From assembly GCF_036365525.1 (NCBI RefSeq), contig NC_090387.1, positions 88,701,691 through 88,765,690 on the forward strand: a stretch of 64,000 nt of DNA, written 5' to 3'. The translations under genes were made by a program, and so were the position numbers. The stretch is from Heterodontus francisci (taxonomy: Eukaryota). Under the pieces are notes generated by a model. The model saw nothing but the letters and a program-made list of their open reading frames with translations, made no database searches and was not told the DNA's origin. This document shows positions 13,527 to 26,600 of the stretch, one piece after another (position 1 is the stretch's first letter; each line of letters opens with the position of its first letter).

Positions 13527-16500
13527 GTGAGTGTTGGAAAAATCATTTAAAATACTTGAAGAACTGTTTATTTTTTTATTAAAGCTTTTATACACGTTTA
13601 ACTACTTTAAGCACTTTAACAAAAGTTGACTGCAATGAAATATTCGCTTGGTTTTCGCCTGTTTCCTGCAGCTTTTCCAGATCGGTAAAATTCCAATTTT
13701 GCCTATGACTATTACCTCTTTAGCTGTGTAAAGCTGATCTGATCTGCTCTACATGCCCTCAATCCCAGGCATATCGACCTTTAAAGAATGGAGCCAAAAT
13801 GAGCCACAACCATCCATGCTGTTCATGTTTTTATTTTTCAGGACTGCCTCATGTACATCATAAAAAAGTGGAAATTCCCAACAAAAACAAACAAAAAAAA
13901 AACAAAAACAGGGATTGCTAGAAGCACACCAACTGTCACATTTCCCCTAAGTCATTGCACCAGATGAACAGTTGAAAAAGAAGAAATCTCTGTCCTTTTG
14001 ATAACCCTTAGTAGAACTTTCCTTCAGTCCCTAAGGTCTTCAGAATCTTAGAACTGCCAGAAAGCGTATATATATTTGATCTTAATCAGTGGTGTAAAAT
14101 GCAAACCTCATGTGTAGTCTTGAGAAAAGCACACAAAAAACGTATTATTGATTATGATACAACACTTTTTTTATGGTGGCACGGTAAAAGCTCTTTTCCA
14201 TATCTTTCTCAACGCGAACAGCCTGCTAATGAGGAAGCTCAGTCAGCCTTCACATTGGAAGCTTCCTCCGACAGTAAACGGAGGAATGGGGCCTCAAAAT
14301 AGCTCCTATCTGAAATACTGTGCATGTAACCAGAGAATGTGAACGCCGCCAATACCATAGTTTGCAAGACCTTGTTAAGCTGCCGTTAACTGCATTGCAG
14401 TTGGATCGCAAGCCCCTTTCTTCCTTGTGCAACGAGCTCCAAAATCCTTCTGCCACGCCTCCCTTTTCACTTTGCAATCTGCAGCAGGCACACACAAACA
14501 TGATTTTGCATCCCAAAGAAAACCAGTTTTCCGGTATATAAAAGAGAATAATCAGCATCTTAGATTATATTCCGCTCAGATGTATCGAAACCTTTACCAA
14601 AGTTTTGCAATACAATGAACGTTTTTTTCTTATTAAATCTGTTCATACTTCATCCCGTCATCTCGGCAGATATGTGCCGATATCGGTTGCTCATATCAAC
14701 TTTAATACAAAGAACGCGAAAATTTGCGCATGTCGTGGGCAATTAGCCCAAATTCCCACAACAGTGGTCCTGCTGCTTTCAAAAGCGGCTACTCGCGGCC
14801 ATCATTGAAGTTTGTTTTTTCTGGGGCCCAGTGAGACACACTGTTGACGTGAAATTCTGGCTCTCAATAGCGGTGAACATCTCGATCTTCCCTATAATTT
14901 TGCGACAAAATACGGGCCATCGGATTAACAATTCGAACTTAAAATTCCTGATTTAGACTCTGCCTGTTTCAATAAGGACTGTTACGTCTGATTTATCAAG
15001 GAGACATTCGTTAGCTTCGCCTGCTCATACAGGACCCCCATCCCCTGCACAGGGAGGCACAATGTGTTTGTCTTTCTAATAATCTCAACTTCCAGTTAAA
15101 AAAAAGCCCCTAGACTGTTAGTGGGTAACAGTAAGTATAATGAATGTCTCGCATGGTTCCTTTACTACTCACCGCAAATTCGGGTAAAATAGAAGCTCTC
15201 CGGCAGCATGCCTCTTCTTTCGTTGGAGTGCAGCAAGCTGAGTGGCACCTCCAACTTTAGGTAGAGCTGCTTTCCCCATGAATAATGCATGGACACTTTT
15301 GTCTAATCCTGACCGGTGTTGACTGGGAAGACAGGTTGAATGGACTGGAAGCGTGAGGCACATCAGCTGGCAGAAATGTGATCATTTTTGAAACAGCACG
15401 CACGTTCTTTACGGATGTCATTTTTTGGAGGTAATAGATTTTCTTTAGAATCTATAATATTCATTTTTCCTGAATTCTTGCTGGGATAAGGTATGCGAAA
15501 CCATCGTTCACGACTCGTTGCAATGACTCGTTGCAGTCTTGCAGGTTCAAAAAATAAAAGAAACAAGAGTTAAGACTAGGATCATCAATCATGCTCCCAC
15601 AGTAGATTTCACTTTTAGAGAAGACGCGCAACCATATTGCAGACATGGCAATTGTCCCTTTCCACCAAGCTATTGCAGCTGCCACTCGATCACCGAGGAT
15701 CCATTGCGGACCCCTGTCACTTGCATGTTTTTCGCTTAACTGTCTCTTCCTTTTATGTTCGTGGAGTTCACAGGTGGAGAACGGAACAGGAATGGACAGA
15801 GAAAATTAGAATCAGTTAACACATGAATGAGCTGCTGTGAATGTTATTGCGATGATCGTGCGGAAGACAGCAGAGACAGAGCGTGAGAGAATGAGGGCAG
15901 AAATTGGTAGCCAAAAATAAGGAGAGACATAAGCAAATAAGGATATTAAGGCTGAATTGGAGCTAGGAAAATTGGAAGAAAATAGAATTGGCAACTTAAG
16001 CTCTGAGACTACAAGATGCACACAGTCCCAGGTTTTCGTCAGTGGCCATGTGACGGTACTTGCCACTGACACCAAAGAAAGATACCCACAGAGATCCAGT
16101 GTTTTATCTGACGTAAATTTCTCCATTTTGAAAGTCAGTGTGAATCGAGTGCCAAGACAAAGGGATATCCACGCTCCAAAGTTATGCCCTCAAGCAACGT
16201 AAGCAACCAATCACTTTGAAGTATTCTCACAGGGAGCAAGCTGGGACATAAAATGCACCGAATTATTCAATTTTAATTAAACATTGCAAGAGTTGATTAA
16301 ATGGTTGGGATTAAGATGGAAGCTGAAATACATTAAACAAACTCACTTTTAAAAAGTATTATTTTCGAAATATGGGATTTTTATCAGAATGATGCATTTT
16401 CACATTCCACAACGTAAAAATGCTTTCCTGAGACAGCGAGGCTGCTTTCCCGTAATTGTACACTTTGTACACTACTAGGAACACAGTTACACGTTTTTAA

Positions 16501-16959
16501 ACGGGTGTAACTTTCGCGAGGGTTGTTATATCGGGCCAAATTGTGTAAAGGGCAGCTTTCTGTCAGTTCAATTATTTCTACTTGATTTTTCTCTGTGGAA
16601 GGGGGATTTAAACACTGTCCCTATCACTGGCAGCAACTTCTGGATTTCCACAATTAACTGTGCAAATTGAAGACTTTCCTGTCATTTCAGAGGAGGAATA
16701 ATGGCGAACCGTAACAGATTCACCGTCAATACTCCTGCAATATCTGGGCTTTTTAAAATATTTTGGATGCAGGATGACTAACTTGATCTGATTTTCTCTG
16801 ACGAAGACGTGGCCAACTCTTTACCTGTTACACCAGTGTCCGACGAACTATTCTAAATGATCAGACAAATATGGTATTCATGTTTGGATGTGCTGTGCTA
16901 GCTGAGATGGCATCATAATTATTATTGGAATGTCACGAAGGTACAGAATGGGGTCACGA

Positions 16960-17710
16960 ATATTGACGGGGCTGGCACACCATTGCAAGTATCTCGACAA
17001 TGCAATCAGCACTCTCTGTTATTGCATCTCAAGACGCAATTAATTGTGTAAGACACGATTTGCCGCTGTTAGATCCGTGTTGACTGTCAGTGATTAACTT
17101 AGTTTTTCCAGCCAAAAAAAACATACCTGAGATAATGGTCCTTAGAAGATTTCCCACTGTTGAGATTAGAGCAACAGATCTGTTGTTAACAGGTTCAGTT
17201 ATTTCCTCCTTTGGTGAACAGCGGTATATCTGTTGCAATGTTCCAGTCCTTTGGCAGCAGCCCCATATCCAAGCGGAATTATGAGATTGTGGCCAAAGCC
17301 TCCGCCGTTTATACCATTACTTTTCTGAGCAAATTAGTTTTAGCGCTGCCACATTTAAAATATCTCCTTTTTATCCATGATGCTATCCAATTTCTTTACC
17401 CTCACATCCTTTACTATCATATTTGCAGCATCCTCTTGTTTTGTGAAGGCAGATGCAAATTACTCGTTCAGAGCTTTATCCATACCCTCTGCCTACGTAA
17501 GCAAATTTCTTCCTTGGCCTCTCCTTCGCGCCATCCTTTCCTTTGACATTAAATTTACTCTTATATCTATAGTCAATAAAATAACACTTTGTATCGTACC
17601 CACTTTTTTCATACATGTTGATCATATTTGCACTTGTAGCCTAGACATTACAATGAGCCTTCTGTTTATGATTCAATTAATCATCCAGGGAGCTCTAGAT
17701 TTGGATAACA
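16960..17710 (-). mobile_element. Decayed CR1 ORF2 fragment
   Basis: NNRSVALISTVGNLL...LITDSQHG..SGKSCLTQL (RT N-terminal motifs). Confidence 0.75.
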
Positions 17711-17846
17711 ATTGTCGTCTGCTGACATGACGCGGGAATTGCGTGCTGGAGGTCTAAAGAGTATATGCAACTTCGCAAAATATTAACCTAACTGAAGCTT
17801 AGCCCCACAATCTTAACATTGGGAAAGTGAATAATATACGTTGTGT

Positions 17847-17984
17847 AAAAGCAAGATACAGCGAATGCTGGATGTCCGAGATAAAGCAAAACAAAACAAA
17901 AGCTGGCAATAAGCAACGCATCCTGCGACATCTGTAGAACAATAAACCGTGTTAATGTTCAGGTCAATGACCTTTCATCAGAAG
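17847..17984 (-). mobile_element. Diverged Penelope-terminus short repeat
   Basis: Same layout as 5991-6122; minus strand ctgatga-a-aggtcattgacct-gaac-att. Confidence 0.7.
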
Positions 17985-19024
17985 TTTGGGTGTTTTACGC
18001 GAAACTCCGAAAAAAGGGTTGAAGTGCTGACGTTGTTATATTATGAATCATGAATACTTATAATGAATTCTATTCTTAGCCAGTTAAACAGTGCTTCCCC
18101 TCATTACATTAGTGAGTAGGCAATTCCTCTGCCGAGGATGGTCTTGATTAGGAATGGCAGCTCCTTGGACATTTTTGGCAGAGGTGACAAAACTCCCCCA
18201 AAAAAGGCAAGCTAGCTAAGCAGTACCTTTCAGCGTCCGTATTGAGGATATCCACGATCCGAAGCTGCTAATGCAATATTACCATAGCTAATGTTGTCAT
18301 GTTTTTGCAATGGTGTGAAGTTCGTTTCTCTACGTGACGCAGGTCGTTGCTTCGGAACTCATGTAAGTTTGGGAGCCTTACGGTCACCCCCACACACATT
18401 TGAAATGTACTCTGCATTATAATGTTTCGTGTTGCATGTGCTTAGTACCTTTCCATTTTTCTCAGATTTATACAGCTCACATTTAGTGCCCGTTTAGTGC
18501 AATACAGAGCATTGACCGTCACAGAGCAGAAACCCATCGTCACTGCCTTCATGTGGGAGTGAACATAAAGATAGGTTTCAGTGATCACCATTTCCAACTG
18601 ATTTTTAAAAGATCATTCTTTCCACCTACTCCTCCAGTTTTAACGTAAATATGGCGACAGCCTCAGCGGTGTCATCACTTTTATTGAAGTATTCTAAATT
18701 TTGATAACCATTCGTATTGAATCAATCCTAAGTTCCCCTTTTACTCCTTTACTGACAATTCCGAACCCATTATCATTTGGTATCAAACGAAGCAATCTGT
18801 CACTCGTGTTCTTATTGAAAGGTTTTTAGAAAAATAACAGGCTCCCTTAGGTTCTCATCGCTATTATCTTCTCCAGTGAAGAAAAAGCCCAGCTGAATCG
18901 TTCTCTGTTGGTCCAATCTGTTATTCCTCACAACACAATTCAATGACATCGAAAAGTTGATACGTTAGTTGTGAGATACAGCCTAGCTAGAACAGATCAC
19001 AAAATACCAAATGTGACTCGTTTG

Positions 19025-19505
19025 ATAGTCATAGTGTCATAGAGTTATACAGCACAGAAACAGGACCTTCGTCCCATCGTGTCCGTGCCGGTCATCAAGC
19101 ACCTATCTATTCTTCTTCCATTTTCCAGCACTTGGCCCGTAGCCTTGTACGTTATAACATTTCAAGTGTTCATCTAAATACTTCTTAAATGTTGTGAGGG
19201 TTCCTGACTCTACCATCACTTAAGGCAGAATGTTCCAGATTCCAACCACCCTGTGGGTGAAAAAAACTTTTTCTTCAAATCCCCTCTAAACCTCCTGTTC
19301 CTTACCTTAAATCTATGCCCCCCTAGTTACTGACACGTCCACTAAGGAGGGCGGGGGGGGGGGGGGGGAGTTTATTCCTAGCGATGCCTCTCATAATTTT
19401 GAATACCTCAATCACGTGCCCCCTCAGCCTTCTCTACTCTGAAAAAAACATCCAGGTGAATCTCCTCTGCACCCTCTTCAGTGCAATCACATCCTTCCTC
19501 TAGAA
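19025..19505 (-). mobile_element. CR1 LINE 3' end
   Basis: atagtcatagtgtcatagag tail; homologous to 38372-38890. Confidence 0.85.
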
Positions 19506-20219
19506 TGACGATGCCTCATATAAATAAAAAACACAACTGCCGTTCGATTACATTTATCTCTCTAAGGAATAAAGCACAATTTCCTTCTGCTTTTTATGAC
19601 ATTTTCTATCTGTATTTCTATGTTCTAAGTATTATATAAGGCCTCAGATTGGATACTCACACACATTTCCGAAGTGTGCTCGTGATGCATAAAATGCGAA
19701 CCCGAGACGACGAAGCTAACTATTTAATCTAAATTGTTTTCGAAAGATATTCTGTTGATAGACCAATAATACAAATGCACCATAAAATCTGACGTCCCTG
19801 TGGAACCGAGTTCATATCACTTCATCAAAAAAAGCCTTCTCCTTTTACATGCAGCAAACAAGAACTGACATCACTGGATGGATATGGTATTCGACTGACT
19901 TAACCTAAACCACAGAAACCATTTGTACGTCAATCTATTGCGCAACGTTCCCATTCAGCCGAGCATATAGGCAAGTGGAAACATCCTACAGTTGGCCTGA
20001 GGTTAAGACGTGCAGCTTTTATTTCGACTAGAAGTTTCATACTTCTGCAAGTTTATAGATGCTGTTAACTGACGACTTAAGTTTTGCAAAAGTGTTAATT
20101 TCGGATATTTGCATATTTTATCGGTAAACTGCAGAATTGCTAATGCTCCTTCCAGCCTAAATTATAATAAACCCGATCCCACAGTTAACTGACCAAAATT
20201 CTACAGCCCTTTCATATTC

Positions 20220-21840
20220 ATTCATGATTTCTGGTGGACAATTAAACAAGTAATATGACTGGAAAAAACCACGAGTATCCCATCCTTATTATCACCAGAG
20301 CCAACATACGCGTGCGAATGACAAGGCTGAAAACTTCGCGTGTTCAGCAACAACTGCCAAGGGATGTTGCAACTTTGCCACATCCTGGTTCTGCATATCA
20401 CTGATGGCAATCTTCAGCCAATTTAATTCACTTCATGTGATGTCGAGAAACAGTTGAGCAAATCGGCTACAGCAAAGACTTTGAGCACTGCTAAAATCCG
20501 GATTTAGTGCTGAAGACTTGGTTTCAGAACTAGGCACGTCTCTTGCCAAGTGTTTTCCAATTCTGCTACAACACTGGCATATATCTAACAATGATGAAAG
20601 GTGTCCAGCCAAGCTTTGTCCACAAATTTCAGAAGAAATCCAATCCAGCCGATTTCCTTGCTAGCAGCCTATTCTCAGTCATCGGCAAAGTAATGGAACG
20701 TTCCGTCGACAGTGTTAGCAACTGACAACCTACTCACTAATAAGCTGCTCACCTATGCTCAGTTTGGGTTCTGCTTAAACTGCTCGGGTCCAGACCTCAA
20801 TACAGCCTTGGTCCAAACATGGACAAACGGATTGATTTCCAACGGTAAGGTGATAGCAAATTGTTTGTCATCAAGAATCAATTTGACAGAATTGGGCACA
20901 AAGGAACCCCTTTAAAATGAGACGCTGCATCTCAGCCCCAGGACATGACTGCAGGAATTCCTAATGTCAATCTCCAAATCGCAACTATCTTCAGCTTCCT
21001 CATCATTGACTTCCTATCGATCATAATGTCCGAAGTAGGCATGTTCACTGATGATTGCACAGTGTTCATTTCCATTTGCAATTCATCAGATGATGAAACA
21101 ATTCATCGCCCCATGCAGCAAAACCAGGACATCATCCAGTGGTCGGTAACATTGGCAACAGACTCGTGCCAACTACTGAGAATATCTAACAATAGAGAAT
21201 CTAGCCTTCTCTTCTTTAGATTCAATGGCAACACCAACTTGGTACCGCAGACCAAAAATATGCTGGGGACACCATTGACCTGAAACTTAACCTGATCATC
21301 TGAATGAGTACTGTGGCTACTAGAGCAGGTCAGAGGCTTGATGTACTAGTCCGAGTGATTCATATCCTGAGTCACATCCTGACTCACCAAAGTCGTTCCA
21401 CTACCTACACAGTGCAAGTGAAGATTATGATGGAATATTTCCATTGGACTGGATGAATTCAGCTCCAACAACACTTAGGATGAAAGACACATCGAGTACA
21501 AAGCAATCTATTTGATCGGCACCTCGTGCATTGCCGTAAATAGTGCGTTCCTCCACTAGTAGCCCAGCGTGGCTGCTTTATGCACCACTTCGTCCAGATT
21601 GCCTCCCAATCCCGTGACCTAACCCACAGAGAAGGACATGGTTAGCAGGCGCATTGAAATACCACCGCCTCCAACTCCACCTCAACACACCAATTTGACA
21701 CAGAAATATATCACCATTCCTTCATCGTCGCTCGGACAAGATCTGTATATCCCTATCTAACAGGACTGTGGGAGTACCTTTACCACACGGACTGTGACAT
21801 TTCAAGAAGGCAACAAATGAGTATGGACAATAAATGCCAG
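20220..21840 (+). mobile_element. Old copy of the second LINE lineage (same family as 56481-59920)
   Basis: FQFCYNTGIY, AQFGF...TALVQTWT, SEVGMFTDDCTVF; 3' end ggacaataaatgc. Confidence 0.85.
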
Positions 21841-22750
21841 GGGGTCATGCAGGTAGTTATCGAATAACAAGTGAACCAGTTAATCACTCAGATGGAATAT
21901 GTTAGTTCAATAAAAAAGACAACTAACTCCTGAATGCTGATTTGTTAACTAAAGCGCAGCAACAGACTGAAGCCATCGCGGATACACAATTTCATATGAT
22001 TTCTATGAACCTTGAAATGCCATGGCACTGAGTGTTTATTGAGGATCGGAGGTATTCCCCGTAGCATCCTCGGGAGTTTCAGTGCATATTTCGACCACGT
22101 TAAAGCGGGAGTTCGGTAGGAATGCTTTCAAAATTCCAAAATAATTTAACTGAAACAAATCACGCTCTAACAGCCGTTTCTGCGACATCTATTTAGTAAA
22201 CAAAGCCGCTAACTGCAATACATAACAATAGTGTTTTATTTTTAGTCTCAGGTCATCAATCTATTGCACAAGGCATTTATTGTTTCCATTAAAATTCGTG
22301 ATTTATATCAATTATTCATTAAACCCTGGGATCTCCGTACCTCAAATTGAATTGTGAATGTCTCTCCTTTACCTCATTCGTAAAACGGCCTACGTTGGAA
22401 CGCATCATGGAGAACGACTTGCATATCGAAATTGAAAGCGAAATATTGTCAAATGTTTGACTTTGAGATCCAAATCCTTGTAAAATAATAAAGGATGGAA
22501 TATCAGGGAAGTTCAGCCGAACTTGCCCCGAAGTACGGGAGGACATCGTGAGGAAACAGTGGAAATGCTGTCGCACCTTCTTGCTGGTATCACGGACTAT
22601 GGGGTTAATTTCATTTTGCAGCAGATGTGCACGCAAGTTAAAGCATTTTCATAAGGGACGGAGGGCAAAGTTTCAAAGGAATGTACTAAAGTGAATCAAT
22701 TGTGATAATTCTACACCTCCGTTTTAATTCAATAATTTATTTAATGTCAG

Positions 22751-22873
22751 AATATCCTGCCGACATTTGGACACAGCCTCACAACCCAGCGGACTGATCC
22801 TCCTGATGGAGAGCATCACGAACTGACGCTGCTTATCTTCAGTGAGCTTTCGAGTCAATTTGAAGCCTGACTG
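22751..22873 (+). other. Candidate 5'-UTR exon of the Ig-superfamily gene
   Basis: Donor CTG|GTGAGT at 22874. The ATG exon is preceded by a good acceptor (ctctttccccattccgttctcAG, 23523-23524), implying an upstream non-coding exon. 5' boundary uncertain. Confidence 0.35.
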
Positions 22874-23358
22874 GTGAGTTGTACCGCTGCTTGAGCTCTG
22901 AACTTGAACTGCAGTCACAGTTTATAACAAAATGGCTGACATCTATTGTCCACATAAGGCTCTCAAATTTGAAAACAAAAAAAAAAACAACTGGAAGGTA
23001 AATTTGAATGTCGACACAGTTATTCCATTGGCATCCAGTTCCCTTATCTACCACCAACTGATCCTGTCATCAGATCAATTAATTGTGGCTACATTCAGCA
23101 ATCTACTGTCCTTCTCAATTTTAAAATGCGTTTCTTGCCCGGATCTGCCCCACAGCCCTTTAGTACTCAGGCTATCCGTTTCAGGTCAGCCGAAGACCAA
23201 ATTAACAGATTCTAGGAACCAATATCACTGCAGACATTCACTACTTTTCCTCCCTGGCGGTTGAACAAACGATACGTTATGGACTTGGTATCTCATGTAC
23301 AAACTACTAACCCTCACCGCCCCCCCCCCCCCTTATTTTGCTGCAGCGACAGCCGGCT

Positions 23359-23380
23359 AGTTCCTGTTACCGTTTCCGGT
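23359..23380 (-). promoter_or_regulatory. Paired ETS-core (GGAA) motifs about 190 bp upstream of the ATG
   Basis: agttcctgt and tttccggt (reverse ACAGGAACT, ACCGGAAA); short motifs, function inferred only. Confidence 0.25.
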
Positions 23381-23560
23381 CACAACTATGTCGGTAGCTC
23401 TTACTCCAAAAGGCATACATTTCTTCACTCTGCAAGTAACCAGTCATGTGCTGCCTGACCTCACAGATCTGCATTGGATGATATTAGGCATCTATTCTAC
23501 ACTCTTTCCCCATTCCGTTCTCAGTCACAACGCCTGATCTACCGTATTGTCATTGCCGAT

Positions 23561-23615
23561 ATGGTTATGAATGGGTTATTATGTGGCATATGTTTTCTAG
23601 GCATTATGTATCCAG
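23561..23615 (+). CDS. Coding exon 1: signal peptide MVMNGLLCGICFLGIMYP
   Basis: ATG in gatATGg context, hydrophobic core, phase-1 donor CAG|GTATAC that joins the V exon in frame (G+TT = Val). Confidence 0.8.
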
Positions 23616-26600
23616 GTATACTTTTATTTTGTTGCATATTAACGGTTCCTTATTAATCAAAAACATAATTTTATCTGATAATTGACGTAAAATCGGATTT
23701 TTTTTCTGCTTTAATTTCGTGATCTTTTCGTGTCATATGTTCCTTGCCCGACAGAAAGCTCTGAGTGAGATAAAGGGGTCATTTATGATATTTCAATGCG
23801 GGCACAAATCTAGAAACTGGAGCATAATTCTGATAGTTAGGTAGACTAAATTGCTAATCTATCCATGGACTCTACGCAGGATGGTATTTTGGTGATGCAG
23901 ATCATCTTTTTATATGATTGATTTAACCGTTGTGTGCATCCTTTGTTGATAGTTGCTGTGGACTCCTCGGGTAATGCGACTCCTGATATTATACCAAAGA
24001 AGGTCCTCAGAGGTACAAATGTTGTTTTGCGATGTCCTTTCTCCTTTAATCTCAACCATTCAAACGTGATCGTTTATTGGTGGAGAGATGGTAATAAGAC
24101 CTTTCTGCAAGAGGACAGCAGAAAACTCTTCAGTGTAAAGAGAGGCGGCGCGTACCTTCACCTCTTGAATGTGACTGTCCCGGACGCCGGAACGTATTAC
24201 TGTGTAACCAAATACCAGTATCATACAGTTGGAGAAACAACTGGTGTGCAACTGGTTGTATATGGTAAGTGCCCTTGCAATTAAAAATGTCGAATGCGTT
24301 TAGCAATGTTTTTTTTAATAAGGAAAGACATTATGTACAAAATAGTACAGCGTCCTACATGTTTAGAAAGAAATGTGTTCAACAATGTGGGAAACGTCCA
24401 GTTCCAGCGACTGGAAGTAAATTTAAGTAAATGTTATTTGAACTGATGTTTGTCAAGGAAAGTGAATGCAAGGCTGGGAAGTAAAGAACTTTTTCAATTT
24501 GAGCACGGAGTAACAGGATGAAAATTGTTCGAGTTATTCACAATATCATACATTTCAAATGTAATTTAACCAGTTAGAAGAACCATATTTCTATTCCGTC
24601 GTTTACACGGTGAGTTTCTAGTTTCTGTGATCTTAGTGTAATTCCTGAACCGCTCTACGATGAAACTGGTGAAACGCATAGGATGCAGCAAATGCCCAAG
24701 TCCAAAGATTCCAGTTCAATCCTTTCTGTCCAGAAGAAGAAATGTTCTCGAAGAACCAGAAGAGTGCGTACTGCACTGTTGCAAAAACCTAAGAACAACA
24801 TGACGGTTCTAGCATACTCGGATTAATAGATGGAGTCCCAATGCTTGAAGCGTGTTTTGCCAGACATGCTGGTGATATGTCAATGCTGCAGTGAGGAAAC
24901 TCTAGCTATAATGTGATAAAGAATATATTGAGCTCCGGTCAGTATAAATAATGATTATTAGTGCAACTGCCATGCTTGAAATAGCTGTTGGTTATTTCAT
25001 GAAATCAAAGACATGATAGATGAGGAGTAAAAGGTTTTGCTTTATCTGAATCATGTCATTTATCCATTTAGCTACACCAGCTCCGCTGAAAATCTTATCC
25101 CCACCATCTGAAGGGGTAACATGTGTTCCTACGAGTCTCCAGTGCAGAACGTCTGCTTTTTACCCGAAGGACTTTAACCTCAGCTGGCATATAAACGGTA
25201 CCGAACTCTTGACTGGATTTACGAACGTACAACAGACAAAGACCCCGGAGGGACTCTTTGAAGTTATCAGTTCCTTGAAAGTGTCACAGGCAATCGATCG
25301 CGGCACAGTTTACACCTGTCAATTACATCACGTTTCTAACTTAATTCCAGCAAATGCCAGCTACACCTTTTCTAACGAAGGTAACATTATATGAGACGAG
25401 GTAATTTAATCACGAGAACATCGCACAAATGGGTATATACAAGAATCTGTGGGAAGTAATTACTGCAGGAGTTTGCATTATGGGTTGTCAACGCCGAGCT
25501 CTGGTCTAGTTGTTTAGTTGAAGTTTCCTTTTCTTTTGTTTATTTGGATGGGATGAGAAGTATGTTGTACAGAAGCAGCTTAGCCAATAGAGACATCAGC
25601 TCAAAGTAGTTCTCATAATTCAGATTAACTCCTGAACATTTCAATTCACAGAGGGATGGCACGTTGTGTGTTAATTCCATACACCGGAAAGGTTAGTGCG
25701 GACTGGAATGATAGAGTGGAGTAGTTGGAGCTTTGCACACTCCTGCAGCCATCAAGTAGTCCAAGTTCAGTCCCCGCTCTTTAGTGCGCGACTCCCTCGA
25801 TACTATATCAAACATGGAATGATAGGTAATTTGGTGAAACACATAGAAAGATGGAGAAAAGTCCTTCATGAAACATTGCTGCAAAGAGAATTTCAAGCGA
25901 ATTTGTAAATATGTCCCATTATAATATTTATCGGGGTTTGAGCTACAGGCTAATCCGATTAAACACACAACACTATTTGTTTTATTATTTCCTGACATGT
26001 TGCAAGTAGTAGAACACTTATTCTAAAGAACTTTACTTCCATTAATTAGTTGAGAACCATTCGGTGAGGTATTGTTCATATTGATTTCTCATTACTGACA
26101 TTTCTCCAGATTCATGTGTTTCAGACTCTTAGTGTGCGATTGCATAAAATGAAATGGATCTCTTGAGGCTTTATGTTCTGTAAATATTATATTATATTAT
26201 AGCATGTATATATGTATATATACACGCGTGCGCGTGCATATATGCATATGACATTTGCAGCTTTGCATATCTGTTTTACATTCCTGTTTCTAATTTTGAT
26301 TTTATGTTAATCTCATAGATTGCGCCTCCAAAATTGATTATGTTGTGATAGCTGGATGTGCCGGTGGTGCGCTTGTAGTCCTAGTATTAGCCATTATGAT
26401 TGTGAAGGGGCTTCTATTCATTATATCCAAAGGTATGAACTATCCACGCTTTCCTGTAGTTTATCTTCTGACAGCATATTATAACACATTATTTAAATTA
26501 GAAATTAATGGAAATACTGATATTAAAGCAAACAACTTACACGCAAGTATAGACTAGAATTATTGCAGTTCACATTTGGGAGGGGTAATACTGAATGGTA

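Noticed and set aside
14397-14495. Minus-strand CVPAADCKVKREAWQKDFGARCTRKKGACD, reminiscent of midkine/pleiotrophin (WKKxFGAxC..GxCD)
   Set aside because: Needs several large in-frame deletions, lacks key cysteines, and hits a stop soon after; most likely chance.
24265-25071. Searched the V-C1 intron for recombination signals or D/J segments
   Set aside because: None seen; the V exon splices directly to C1, so the gene is not a rearranging Ig/TCR locus.
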